A stretch of DNA of 64,000 bases from a virus, in IMG/VR virus record IMGVR_UViG_3300035698_002820, positions 7,302 to 71,301 of that record; one strand, given 5' to 3'. Below the pieces are notes generated by a model. The model searched no databases. It was not told the origin of the DNA and was given only the letters and a program-made list of their open reading frames with translations. Positions 45,411 through 55,418 of the stretch are shown one piece after another. The position numbers and the translations under genes are program-made. Position 1 is the stretch's first letter, and every line of letters starts with the position of its first letter.

Positions 45411-45748
45411 TTTTCTTCCAATACAAGAGAAATATGGAAACGTATAGGGTCAGTACTGTCTGTCAGTTCAATGCTCAGTGGTTCAATCATTTCAACATCA
45501 TGTTGGGCTGCATCAAAATCAATCAGGGACAGTGTAACACACTGGGCTTGTGTGATGATAGCGTTCTTCTGTGTGGCTGTCAACCAACGCCAGCTGATGC
45601 GCCATGACCACTTGCGGGCTATTAGGTCATATTCTATGCTGCCATCTTGCAGTTCATGTTTTGCACCCTTAGCCTTTAGAGTAGGGCTGAATGTTTTTGG
45701 CCGTTCCAGTGTGACTTCAGAATTCTTTACTCCTAACTTGATACTCAT
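45407..45748 (-). CDS. Distal tail protein-like
   Basis: Directly follows the tape measure; KWSWRISWRWLT...LVLEE. Confidence 0.65.
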   Translation of the reverse strand: MSIKLGVKNSEVTLERPKTFSPTLKAKGAKHELQDGSIEYDLIARKWSWRISWRWLTATQKNAIITQAQCVTLSLIDFDAAQHDVEMIEPLSIELTDSTDPIRFHISLVLEEK

Positions 45749-48700
45749 TCTACTGGTCCCCCAAATTCCTGGTTGCCTGTTGCCCGCTTGTCTTCCTGGA
45801 TACGTCTGGTGATATCAGCCAGAACCAGTGTGACATCTACCATTCCTAATTCAACACCAATATGGAATGTTGCTCCTTCAATCTCCTCTGCAATGCCCTG
45901 GATGATTTTTGCACCCAATTCAGCACCTGTCTCAAACACATCTGCACCAAGGTCTTCATTGTCCCTGATGTCCTGACGTAATCGGTGCTTGACTTCTTCA
46001 CCTACATCTGCTTGTTCTAAACCAAGATTGAATCCGCCAGACATATGGCCAGCAAGCAATTCTCCCTGGAACAAGGCATCTGGCCCAAGTTCAATATCAA
46101 ACTGGCCAAAAGTATTCATGATGTTCTGCTTAATGGCTGTCCAGTCTACTGCGCCAGGGACGTTCTCACCAGCAAAGATGCTGGCAAAGAATTTAGATAC
46201 CCACTGCCGTCTCACTTCAGGTGAGCCAGCTACAACTTCAGCAGGCATGTACTTCTCCCAAGCACTACCTGCAAATTGAGCAGTCCGTTGCACAGTGGTG
46301 ATAATGCCTTTCTGAATAGCAGCCCAGTCAATCTCTTCTGGCATCAGGCCTGCATAGAAGACTTTCAGTTGTTCATCAACCCACTGCTGCCTGGCACCTT
46401 CACCCTTGCCACGCACTGCCTCAGGTATCATAGATTCCCACATGTTCCCTGGGATAACTGCAGCCCTTAACCGTCTGGCATATTCGTCCCATTTCTCTAC
46501 GTAGTCACCAACATAGGTAAGCTGTACATCTAACCAGGTAACATCTGTTTCTTCCAGTCCCAGGCCTGCTCTGAGTGCATTAGACATATCTGTCTGGATA
46601 CGTTCCATCTCACGCGCTGCTTGTTCCTGTTCACGCACCCAGGATTCATGAGCACGCGCTGCTTCTCTTGCTGCTGTTTCTTCTTCATTAGCCAGAGTAA
46701 TCATGGCAGAATATTGGCCAGGATTCTCTGCGGCCCAGGTAGCAAGCTCTTGTGCATCAGCCAGACCAATCTGTGTGCTTAGGTTATACAAATCCCACAT
46801 GCGGCCTGGGATACCACCAAATTCACTTACAAGGTGAGGGAACATACGTAAGAATGCTTCTTGCTCACGTAGAAAATCTTCATGTGCCTGTTCTGAATCC
46901 TTCTGTGCTTGTTCTTCTTGTTTAGCCAGAGCAACTAGAGCAACATATTCTCCAGGGTGTTCTTCTATCCAAGCAGTAAGTTCCTGGGCTTCTGCCATGC
47001 CAAGTTCTGTCTGCTTGATGTATAGGTCCCACATGCGTTCAGGAATATCACCGAACTCCCCAACCAGCTGTGGGAATCTCTGTAGGAACATCTGTTGCTG
47101 ACGTAGAAAGTTTTGATTTGCCTGCTCTGAATCTCTTGCTGCTTGTTCTTGTTGCTTGACCATAACAGTCATTGCTGTTGCTTCCATGGGGTGTGTTTCC
47201 ACCCATGTAGCCAGTTCAACAACCTGTTCCAAACTGAGTTCACTCTGGTGTGTGAACATGTCCCATATATTTGACGACATGTTGACAAATGTTTCTGCTA
47301 TCTGCGGATACTGACGTATCAGTCCTATCTGTGTTTGTAACCAGGTAGCATGCTTACGTTCTGCTTCTTTTTGTTCTTGCTCTTCTTCTCTGGACAGAGC
47401 AATCATAGCAGAATACTGGGCTGGATGGGCAGTTATCCATGTAGCAAGTTCATTTGCCTGGGACAAACCAAGCTCTGTCTGTTTGTTGTATAGGTCCCAG
47501 ATGCGTTTAGGGATTTCACCAAATTCATCAGCCAGGTGTGGGAATTGACGTAAGAAGGTGGTGAGACTGCGACCACTCTGTGTCATATCCAGCACAACCT
47601 GATATGCAGCACCACTTATTCCTTCAAGTGAGATGCCCATCTTTTCTGCTGTTATTGATAATCTCTGATACTGTTCTTCCAGGCTTGCAGCCATTTCATC
47701 AGAAGCTTGTGCCATCTGTGCATTTTCAGACAGTGCCTGTGTAACTACTGCTACCTGTCCTGCAAATGCTCTGTATACTTCTATGTTCTCCATGACAATC
47801 TGGCCTGTGGCTGTGCCGGCCTCAACTTGGTTCCATTGTTCTTCTGTCAAGGCTGGTACGGCCCATTGTAGCCGGTCTAGCAAGTCCAGATACTCATCAT
47901 AGGAACCTGTCATATCCATAAGGATACGTTGCTGCTGTGTCCACTGGAAGGCCATGTTACTATCTGCTTCAGTCCATACCTGCATCATTGCTGTTGCATG
48001 TTTGATTGCAGGAACTAGATAGTCTTGAATAGCAGGACTCATAGCAAGGTCAAAGAACTTGCCCATCTCGATGCGTGCTTCTGCTGTTGATGCTGACAAT
48101 TCATTGTAGACATCTGAGGCAAAGTCAACTTCACCACCCATATCCTTAACAATTTGATTGCCTCTGGCTAACACTTCATTGACACGTACCTGCAGCTTTT
48201 CTTCTTCAGACAATTCATCTGATGCTATGCCAATACTGTCAGCATATTCATCATAAGCCTTCTTGAAGTCAACCATCAGTCCTAATCGGCGCAGGCCTAG
48301 ACTGTAGCCAGATGCCATGTTGCGTGCAATGGTTGTGTAAACATCATTGATTGTACGGCCAGTCAACAGTGCTTCTGCACGTGCAATTTGCATCAGCTCA
48401 CCAGTTCTGTCACCAATCTTCCCTTCAGTCATCATCAGTGCCAGTGCTGCTAACTGTGCAGCCTGATATTGGTTGACTGTATCGTGGGACAGGTCAATCA
48501 TATCTGCAGTAATAGCAGCAGCATTCTGATGGAAATTTACTGCTAACTGATTGAAACCACGCACCAGGTCTTCTGCACGTGTGCCGGTGGCAGCTAGTTC
48601 TATGGCCTGATTGATACCAGATATGACATCTGTTATTGCCCTCTTCAAGAAGAACCAAGTTGCAGCATACTCACCCAGGGCTATGTCAGCAATGCGAGTA

Positions 48701-49059
48701 CCACGTGCAATACCTCCCATGCCTTTGTCTGCAACTTCTCCTGTTTCTTTGGCCAGTGGGATGAGTTCTTGAAACTTCATGACTGTTGCTTTCAAAGCTT
48801 CTGCTGAAGTTTTGCCACCCTTCAGCATTTTGTCAAAGAACTCCTGGACTTTTGGCCCACCCTTATCCACAATAGCCAGGAAGGCAATCATTGGTGCGGG
48901 CATACCTTTCATCTCATCCTTGGCTGTCTTTGCTGCATCTTTACAGACATCCTTGAATGTACGCAAAGCCTTAACTGCATTTTCTACAGCACTTGATGTT
49001 TCTGCAGAAGCAGTAATCTGTATGCCTACTTTTTTGGCTACTTCATCCATCTGGCCCAT
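45745..49059 (-). CDS. Tape measure protein
   Basis: 1104 aa, helical and Ala/Glu-rich, downstream of the chaperones; internal 78-aa repeats. Confidence 0.85.
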   Translation of the reverse strand: MGQMDEVAKKVGIQITASAETSSAVENAVKALRTFKDVCKDAAKTAKDEMKGMPAPMIAFLAIVDKGGPKVQEFFDKMLKGGKTSAEALKATVMKFQELIPLAKETGEVADKGMGGIARGTRIADIALGEYAATWFFLKRAITDVISGINQAIELAATGTRAEDLVRGFNQLAVNFHQNAAAITADMIDLSHDTVNQYQAAQLAALALMMTEGKIGDRTGELMQIARAEALLTGRTINDVYTTIARNMASGYSLGLRRLGLMVDFKKAYDEYADSIGIASDELSEEEKLQVRVNEVLARGNQIVKDMGGEVDFASDVYNELSASTAEARIEMGKFFDLAMSPAIQDYLVPAIKHATAMMQVWTEADSNMAFQWTQQQRILMDMTGSYDEYLDLLDRLQWAVPALTEEQWNQVEAGTATGQIVMENIEVYRAFAGQVAVVTQALSENAQMAQASDEMAASLEEQYQRLSITAEKMGISLEGISGAAYQVVLDMTQSGRSLTTFLRQFPHLADEFGEIPKRIWDLYNKQTELGLSQANELATWITAHPAQYSAMIALSREEEQEQKEAERKHATWLQTQIGLIRQYPQIAETFVNMSSNIWDMFTHQSELSLEQVVELATWVETHPMEATAMTVMVKQQEQAARDSEQANQNFLRQQQMFLQRFPQLVGEFGDIPERMWDLYIKQTELGMAEAQELTAWIEEHPGEYVALVALAKQEEQAQKDSEQAHEDFLREQEAFLRMFPHLVSEFGGIPGRMWDLYNLSTQIGLADAQELATWAAENPGQYSAMITLANEEETAAREAARAHESWVREQEQAAREMERIQTDMSNALRAGLGLEETDVTWLDVQLTYVGDYVEKWDEYARRLRAAVIPGNMWESMIPEAVRGKGEGARQQWVDEQLKVFYAGLMPEEIDWAAIQKGIITTVQRTAQFAGSAWEKYMPAEVVAGSPEVRRQWVSKFFASIFAGENVPGAVDWTAIKQNIMNTFGQFDIELGPDALFQGELLAGHMSGGFNLGLEQADVGEEVKHRLRQDIRDNEDLGADVFETGAELGAKIIQGIAEEIEGATFHIGVELGMVDVTLVLADITRRIQEDKRATGNQEFGGPVE
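46621..47556 (-). repeat. Four 234-bp (78-aa) tandem repeats in the tape measure gene
   Basis: F.R.FP.L..EFG.IP.R.WDLY...ELA.W...HP units; W-D codons recur every 234 bp. Confidence 0.85.
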
Positions 49060-49083
49060 AACTTACCTCAAAAGCAGAACGCA

Positions 49084-49745
49084 CTAACTAGTGGATGCCA
49101 CATGCTGTGCCTGAACCATCTCAAAATAATCTCTGTAATCACTCAGGCTCAATTCCTCTTGTACTTTATTGAGTAATAGCATGTGAAGCAATCGTTGCCA
49201 TGTCAACTGGAATAGACTGACATTCAGAGGAATCTCTTCTCCCTCTTTACGGCCGAAAGCACCTACCAACTGTATAATGCGTTCTGCTTCTCTGTCTTCA
49301 TCTAGCTTTTTTTTTCATCAGCATCTGGTGTAGATGCCAGCATGGAACATGAACCACCCAGAGCAATACTGAATGTGCCCCATTCTGTTATGATGTCTTC
49401 ATTGCCCAGTTTCAGCTGGGTGACTAAACTTGCAAACAGTAGAAGCACACCCTTATCAAGCTTCTTTTCATATCCATCATCATCATGTGGCAGAGGCAGT
49501 TCTATTGCTACTCCATCATCATCTGCAATACTCAGCTGCCACTTGATTATTTGGCATTTGAAAAGTTCACGCAGCCATTGTGCTGTGCTCTTTTGGATGT
49601 CTGTCTTCAGTATGCCTGCTAATTCATCTGCTTTTGCCATAGACAGACTGTGACGTGGTAGTATCTCGATGAATTCGTTCTCATCAAAGGTGTGGGATGG
49701 AATACTGATGGTGCCCAGCTTGATGTGGATGATTCTACGCTGCAT
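49084..49745 (-). CDS. Tail assembly chaperones G / GT via -1 frameshift
   Basis: G = 49302..49745 ends GAA AAA AAA AGC TAG (A9 run at 49307-49315); the -1 frame is open into the 49084..49269 ORF. Confidence 0.8.
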
Positions 49746-49759
49746 TTGTCCTCCTTAGA

Positions 49760-50977
49760 TTATGCGGCCCAGTTTTTCACTCCAGCAACGATTACAACAG
49801 ATGCTGCAGCCTTTAGTACAGTGTCTCTCATGGCCTTGAAAGTGATGTTAGCCACCTTGAAAGCACCCAGTTTTTGTACTTCCAGTACCTGATAGTCTAC
49901 CACTGGCAGATTCATTGTGAATGAACGATATTGTGCAGGACTAGTGCCTGCGATTGCAACAGGGTCAGTTGCTACTATCTGCCATACAGTCTGTGTGCCT
50001 GCTTCCCAACGGTCATACTCCACCATGTTTCTGAACAAGATGACCATGCGGCCTGACACAAGTGCTTCACCATATGCCCTATCACTTGGAGCATTTGCAC
50101 CAATGGCAGTCTTGACCATCTCTGCATTGTTTTCCCATGTGCTAGACAACCGAACAACATCGTTGAATTCTGCTGGTGAACTACCAAACTCAGCCATTTT
50201 GATAGCCACATTCCAAGATGGGATGGGTTTGAATAGTGGGTCAGTATAGCTGGCATATTTGTCAACCATGGTTGGTGCTTTGGCCACTAGCTCAAAGGTA
50301 TTGTCCAGGATGCCATCATCAGCACTTGCGTCCCATTCCAGGGTTGCACTGCCTACAACACCACCTGTAAGCTGCTTCATTTTCTCTGTAGCAGCCTTGT
50401 CTCCCTCATATGCTTGTATTGAAACTGATGGTGGGATGACATACAGTGATGTTGCATTATCCAGATAGGTGATTGTGTGTTTCCATGCTGCAGCACGGCA
50501 CGTCCAAACAACAGTGCCATCTGCAACAGTCAAGCCAGGAGTTGTAGGCCATTCAGGCTCACCAACAGCAGCATCACCAGCAGTTGTACACTCATAGATG
50601 TGCAGAAGTTCACCACCTATTGGTGTAACAAAGTCAAGTAATTCATATGCAGCCTCAGCCACATACGCAGTAGGACTCTGTTCAACTGTGACTTTGTTGC
50701 TGCCAATTGCTGCCCACCACAGTAATGTGCTGATATCAGCCAAGAATGCACCAGGTAGGGTCAGTGCTCCAAGTTTGCGGCCAACAGTTACCAAGTTGGA
50801 GGCCCACCTGTCTCCTACCCCTGCCTTGGCGTAGATTTTAGTTAAGTCGTGAGTGATGCGCCATCTGTCCGTATCAATAGGTAGCTCCACCATTTTAGCT
50901 GATAGAGTGCCCCATTCTGTCTCTTCACGGCCAAGTAGGGCAAATCCCTCAAGTGCACTAGAAATTTCGTTTGCCAT
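49760..50977 (-). CDS. Major tail tube protein
   Basis: LGREETEWGT N-terminus, WKHTIT, position between terminator and chaperones. Confidence 0.8.
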   Translation of the reverse strand: MANEISSALEGFALLGREETEWGTLSAKMVELPIDTDRWRITHDLTKIYAKAGVGDRWASNLVTVGRKLGALTLPGAFLADISTLLWWAAIGSNKVTVEQSPTAYVAEAAYELLDFVTPIGGELLHIYECTTAGDAAVGEPEWPTTPGLTVADGTVVWTCRAAAWKHTITYLDNATSLYVIPPSVSIQAYEGDKAATEKMKQLTGGVVGSATLEWDASADDGILDNTFELVAKAPTMVDKYASYTDPLFKPIPSWNVAIKMAEFGSSPAEFNDVVRLSSTWENNAEMVKTAIGANAPSDRAYGEALVSGRMVILFRNMVEYDRWEAGTQTVWQIVATDPVAIAGTSPAQYRSFTMNLPVVDYQVLEVQKLGAFKVANITFKAMRDTVLKAAASVVIVAGVKNWAA

Positions 50978-50986
50978 TTTTACCTC

Positions 50987-51400
50987 TCATTCAGTTTTGT
51001 AAAAACACATCAGCATGTTATCAACATACCGGTATGTTTCTCCTATGATTTTACGAACACCTGCATCCCCGTCAGTCAGAACTGCAGCTGTAACAGTGCC
51101 ATTGAGTGATTTGTTGTCAGCAAATGCAGGTGCCAATTCTTCTTCCAGAATGGTAAGCAGCTGAGTTTCACACAGGGCTTCGTTGTCTTGCCATTTGACG
51201 TACAATGTTACAACAAAGGAATACGTCTCAGTAGCCTGCTTATTGGCTATTGGATGGTGTGTGTACCTGCCCAGTTTGATAGTGAGAGTAGGACTCTGAC
51301 CATTGAAAGTCTTGGGTTCACCCTTTACTACTGCTTGAATGGATGGGCATCCTGCTAGTGCTATATTTTTGACTTGCTCAAAGGCTGCTAATAGGTTCAT
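50987..51400 (-). CDS. Tail terminator-like protein
   Basis: Position; DNKSLNGTV motif. Confidence 0.65.
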   Translation of the reverse strand: MNLLAAFEQVKNIALAGCPSIQAVVKGEPKTFNGQSPTLTIKLGRYTHHPIANKQATETYSFVVTLYVKWQDNEALCETQLLTILEEELAPAFADNKSLNGTVTAAVLTDGDAGVRKIIGETYRYVDNMLMCFYKTE

Positions 51401-51919
51401 GATAGTCCTTGTTTCAGTGCCTCAGTTACTGCTGTCATAAAGAACAATGTCAGCTTGTTGATATCAACACTTTTGGATAAGAAGTGAGTGCCAGGCACGC
51501 CTGGATGTTTGTGTACTGCTCCTACAATGATTGTGCCTTCAACTCCGTCCATTTGAAATGCTAATGCCTTTTTGACTCTGGGCAGGATTGTGATGTAGCC
51601 ACCACCTGGGACATGAAGACCAGAACCAAATTCTTGGGCTGGAGCATAATTCTTCTCTGAGAATACCTCTCCGTACACACTTTGTTTACTCACATCATCC
51701 CCAGACACCTGGCATCTCTTCATATACTGCTCTTTGAATGCTGGCGGCCATTTCTCCTGTTAATTTGGGAGCATTGATAACTGCTGTACGTTGAACATCT
51801 GCTGTTCCTAGCTCCATGCCTTGTACTAGACCAATGTGAGTTAGAAGATCAAAGTCTGTGTTCTCTAGTTTACGGATGTATCTTTCAAGCACTTCAACAT
51901 CGATGGTAATTTCAATCAT
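51397..51919 (-). CDS. HK97 gp10-like tail completion protein split over two frames
   Basis: APKLTGEMAASI in ORF 51695..51934; YAPAQEFG...KALAF...HPG...FL in ORF 51397..51723. Confidence 0.65.
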
Positions 51920-52236
51920 CAGTGGATGAGCCATGCAAATACTTCAAGTGTTTCTTCGTCCCACTGGTCAACACCCTCTATGTGCCATTCTGTCCCATCT
52001 GGGCCAGTAAGCACATCTCCTTCTAGTATGCCCAGTTCTGTTGTGTAGGCTACTTTCACTTCATACGGTGTGTTTGGTGCTTTGGCAAGGCGCAGCATAG
52101 GCACTAAGGGCCAGAACCGAGTCATTAGTACACCAGATTTCCAAACAACTGGCACACCAATCTTGCCACTTTCATCTGCAACAGGATTACGTTTGACTAC
52201 ATATGCAGTATCATAGAAGTATTTGCCGGTTCTCAT
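51919..52236 (-). CDS. Head closure / head-tail adaptor
   Basis: ILEGDVL...EWHIEGV; position. Confidence 0.6.
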   Translation of the reverse strand: MRTGKYFYDTAYVVKRNPVADESGKIGVPVVWKSGVLMTRFWPLVPMLRLAKAPNTPYEVKVAYTTELGILEGDVLTGPDGTEWHIEGVDQWDEETLEVFAWLIH

Positions 52237-52658
52237 TCAACATCAGCAAGACTCATTTCACCACCAGCACCGAATGTAGTGCCAGGGTAATCATATTCAA
52301 TGACATCAGAAACCAGCACTGCTTCAGTACCACTCATGTTCTTGATGCGTCGTGCTATATTGGATGCAATCTGGGATAGGAACTCACGCTTTGGCCCCAT
52401 GGTTGTATCTACCAGCAAAGCAAAGTGGTTATATAGTTTAGTCAGCATGAAATATGTGACACGGGACACCATGCGGTTGATATTTGCTTCATCAACATCT
52501 TCAGTCAGTGCATAGCCTAGTTCACGCCACGCCATGTCAATGCAAAATGTCATGTCACCTTCAGTCTTGGTGCCATCAGGTCTGACATTCCACTCTGCAT
52601 CAGTCATCAAGCCTGATAACTGGTCTTCAACAACCTGTGCGATTTGGCTTCTATCCAT
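52233..52658 (-). CDS. Head-tail connector protein
   Basis: Helical, directly after the capsid gene. Confidence 0.55.
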   Translation of the reverse strand: MDRSQIAQVVEDQLSGLMTDAEWNVRPDGTKTEGDMTFCIDMAWRELGYALTEDVDEANINRMVSRVTYFMLTKLYNHFALLVDTTMGPKREFLSQIASNIARRIKNMSGTEAVLVSDVIEYDYPGTTFGAGGEMSLADVE

Positions 52659-52671
52659 ATTTATTCAGGAA

Positions 52672-52704
52672 GTAGGAGGGAGACGTGATGTGTCTCCCTC
52701 CTAC
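52672..52704 (-). terminator. 13-bp hairpin after the major capsid gene
   Basis: GTAGGAGGGAGAC-N7-GTCTCCCTCCTAC; weak U-tract. Confidence 0.6.
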
Positions 52705-52713
52705 CATATTTGT

Positions 52714-53853
52714 TTATGCTAGTGGGTCATACACAAGGTCAGGCACTACGTATGCAGCTGCCCCACCTGCAAAGTACATGACAGCACCATTACCACGTTG
52801 CTGAATACCCATCCCATAGTAGCGGTGGAACTCAGCACCCAGGAATGGGTACAGATAGAGATTGTCACGGATGATGCGTAGTCCCTTGAATGCTGCATCA
52901 GCAGGCTCAAGGTAGGCCATAGGCATTTTGTCAGGTGTACCCTCTGCAGACCAGCAAACAACGTAGTTGTCAGGCATCTCCCAGCTGCGCACTACAATAG
53001 CACCGTAGTACATCCCTACCTGAGTCATGAATGCGTTGAGTGGCACTTCTGCTGTCAGAGTTGCCTGTGTTGTACCTGTGGTAGAATATCCAGGTTGACC
53101 AAAGCCTGACACTGCGATAATCTTCTGTGCGGCTGTGAAGGCCATGATGGTAGCGACTGTGGTTGGGCTGGCTAGAATGAACACCTTATTGACAAAGCCG
53201 TGTTCCTTGACAGTATCAATTTGTGCCTTTAGTTCAACCTCAGTTACAGTTGCTGAGTCTTTGAAAGTGAAGTGATTGTGGCCAGGAGCAAACGTATGTT
53301 GTCCCCTGCGTGGTGGCTTATCGTTGTCCGCATCCCCATAGTAGAATGGGTAGTTGGTGTATGTTCTGCGGTCAAGTGGGTCAACGACAGTTGCTGGTGC
53401 ATTATCGAAAAAGCGAGCCAACATAGCAAAGTAACGCTGTCTGGCATCAGCCTCAAGAATAGCATTGAAACGGTTCACGATGGCTCCAGCACTCTTGTTA
53501 ACCATCTGGAACAACTTTGTCCAGCCGAACGATGCTTGGAAACCTTCAAGACCAACTTCCACGATATTCCATTTGACTTTGCCATAAGCATCAGCCTTAC
53601 CGAACTCACCTATCGGTGTGAAGACTGCGCCACCGCCCTCAATAACCTCCTTAACTTTTTCAGAAGTACGGGTACAGAATGTGCTGAGTATAGTCAGTTC
53701 TTTCTTGTTCCATTCAGCAGTTGCAAGAACAACTTTGTCCCACAGCTCCAGCATGGTAACTTGCTGACCATCAGGATACGTAAACTTGTACTCAATTGCA
53801 TCTGAGGCCCATACGCCTGATTCATAAACTTGCGTTTGGTTTGGGTATGCCAT
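52714..53853 (-). CDS. Major capsid protein
   Basis: 379 aa after scaffold and decoration genes, followed by a strong hairpin; FTPIGEFG, TVKEHGF, YYGMGIQQRGNGAV. Confidence 0.8.
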   Translation of the reverse strand: MAYPNQTQVYESGVWASDAIEYKFTYPDGQQVTMLELWDKVVLATAEWNKKELTILSTFCTRTSEKVKEVIEGGGAVFTPIGEFGKADAYGKVKWNIVEVGLEGFQASFGWTKLFQMVNKSAGAIVNRFNAILEADARQRYFAMLARFFDNAPATVVDPLDRRTYTNYPFYYGDADNDKPPRRGQHTFAPGHNHFTFKDSATVTEVELKAQIDTVKEHGFVNKVFILASPTTVATIMAFTAAQKIIAVSGFGQPGYSTTGTTQATLTAEVPLNAFMTQVGMYYGAIVVRSWEMPDNYVVCWSAEGTPDKMPMAYLEPADAAFKGLRIIRDNLYLYPFLGAEFHRYYGMGIQQRGNGAVMYFAGGAAAYVVPDLVYDPLA

Positions 53854-53893
53854 AGTTTTTTTCAGTTCAGGGCTTTGATGGCCCTATGTTATA

Positions 53894-54673
53894 TTATGCT
53901 GCTTGAATGGTGTGGTATCCTTTTTCAAGACATGCTCTTGCAATGGTTGCAGACAACTGATAGGCAACCACTTGAATCAGGTCACCAGCAGTATCTGGGG
54001 CAGTCTCAGTAAGCAGGCCAGTGCCAGCTTCATCCAGATAGGATACGAAGCCAGGTGTCTGGGCTACTACTGTCCACTCGAATTCAATTTCGTTCGGGTT
54101 GGTAATGAGTCCAACAGTTAGAGCATCATCACCCACCACAATTGAATCTGCCACTCCGATTGCTCCAAGTGCAGTACCAGTAGCTGCATTGGCTATGACT
54201 GCCTTACCACCACTGATAGCCAGTAGCATGCCAACCGAAGTTGTCACGCCATTATTGACTATGATGGTAATGCCTTGAATCAGAACAGAGTTATAGATGT
54301 CCACACTCACACGGACTTTCTTCGTTGCGTAGCATGTCCCAACTTTCTGGATAAGCCACCCAACCAATGCAGGCTTGGTATATACCATTGCACCAGCCAG
54401 GCCCAAGTACATCTGGGCACCAACTGTTGCGCCAGTGACACCACCCACACGAATCTCCTTGAAGAGTTCACACCCCTTTTCGTGGGCCTGGTATGAGCGT
54501 GCTACAATGCCCACTGCAGGAACGATAGTGGCTGCTGGGTCAGCGTTTGCTGCTACGACTTTTGAGGCTACAATTCCAACTAGCATACCTTCCTTGAGTG
54601 CTACAGTACCTACCTGTAGTTCACGCAGTAGGGTATCTGAGAATTGGATTACCATGTATGTTGTTGCTGCCAT
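53894..54673 (-). CDS. Head decoration/cement protein (two related domains)
   Basis: Duplicated V.AN...A.G...YL...G....P...G.LIQ.V units. Confidence 0.7.
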   Translation of the reverse strand: MAATTYMVIQFSDTLLRELQVGTVALKEGMLVGIVASKVVAANADPAATIVPAVGIVARSYQAHEKGCELFKEIRVGGVTGATVGAQMYLGLAGAMVYTKPALVGWLIQKVGTCYATKKVRVSVDIYNSVLIQGITIIVNNGVTTSVGMLLAISGGKAVIANAATGTALGAIGVADSIVVGDDALTVGLITNPNEIEFEWTVVAQTPGFVSYLDEAGTGLLTETAPDTAGDLIQVVAYQLSATIARACLEKGYHTIQAA

Positions 54674-54689
54674 TAGTTTTTACCTCACA

Positions 54690-55418
54690 TTAGTATTGAG
54701 TAGCCAGCGCAGGAACCAACTTTTGCAAGTCGCTTTTCTCAGTAGTTGTGCTTACCTTTCTACTGTCCTGGCCCTTACTCTTTGTTGATTTTGGTGTACC
54801 TTGGGGCTTTGGTTCTACCTCAAATGCCTTCATATAGCCTGTAATTTCGTCCTTGATGGACTGCTCAACCTGTGTAGTCCGTGCTGTTTCGTACTCCTCC
54901 TTTTCCATCAGCTCCAGTTCTTCTGGAGCAATGTTTAGAGTAGCACTGATTAATGGACGTACATACTTGAATGCCACGCCTGCATCTTCCTTAGTAAGTG
55001 TCTCATAGAGTGCAGCACGTAGTGCATTATCAACCTGCAGTCCTTCATTTACGAGTTTCTCAGTTATCAGAGAAGCATTCAGTTCTGCTACAACCCTTTC
55101 CCAGTCCGCCTCATCATCAGTATCTGTGTCACTACCAGGTTTCTTCTTGGCAGCTTCTGCCAGTTGCGCATTCAAGTCAGCAACTTCTGCCTTGAGTCTG
55201 CGCACATACTTTGTATGAACGTCCTGCCTAGCTGTATCACTAGCAGATTGCAGTAGACGTTTGATAGCGTCAGTGTCAGCCAATGCTGCTACTCCTACTT
55301 CCCCAACCAGTTCCATGAAGGCTGCATAGTCCAGCCCATTTTCACCCACCAGTAACTTGGCCAGGTCTTCAACAGTAACAACAATAGGTGTCTCCTCACC
55401 ACTCTTTGGTTCTGTCAT
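54690..55418 (-). CDS. Capsid scaffolding protein
   Basis: Acidic coiled coil upstream of decoration/capsid; GGGAGG RBS. Confidence 0.7.
   Translation of the reverse strand: MTEPKSGEETPIVVTVEDLAKLLVGENGLDYAAFMELVGEVGVAALADTDAIKRLLQSASDTARQDVHTKYVRRLKAEVADLNAQLAEAAKKKPGSDTDTDDEADWERVVAELNASLITEKLVNEGLQVDNALRAALYETLTKEDAGVAFKYVRPLISATLNIAPEELELMEKEEYETARTTQVEQSIKDEITGYMKAFEVEPKPQGTPKSTKSKGQDSRKVSTTTEKSDLQKLVPALATQY

Noticed and set aside
51689-51697. Stop-codon reassignment explaining the split gp10 gene
   Set aside because: Read-through of TGA meets TAA three codons later; long genes are intact under code 11, all three stops are used, and no suppressor tRNA is present.
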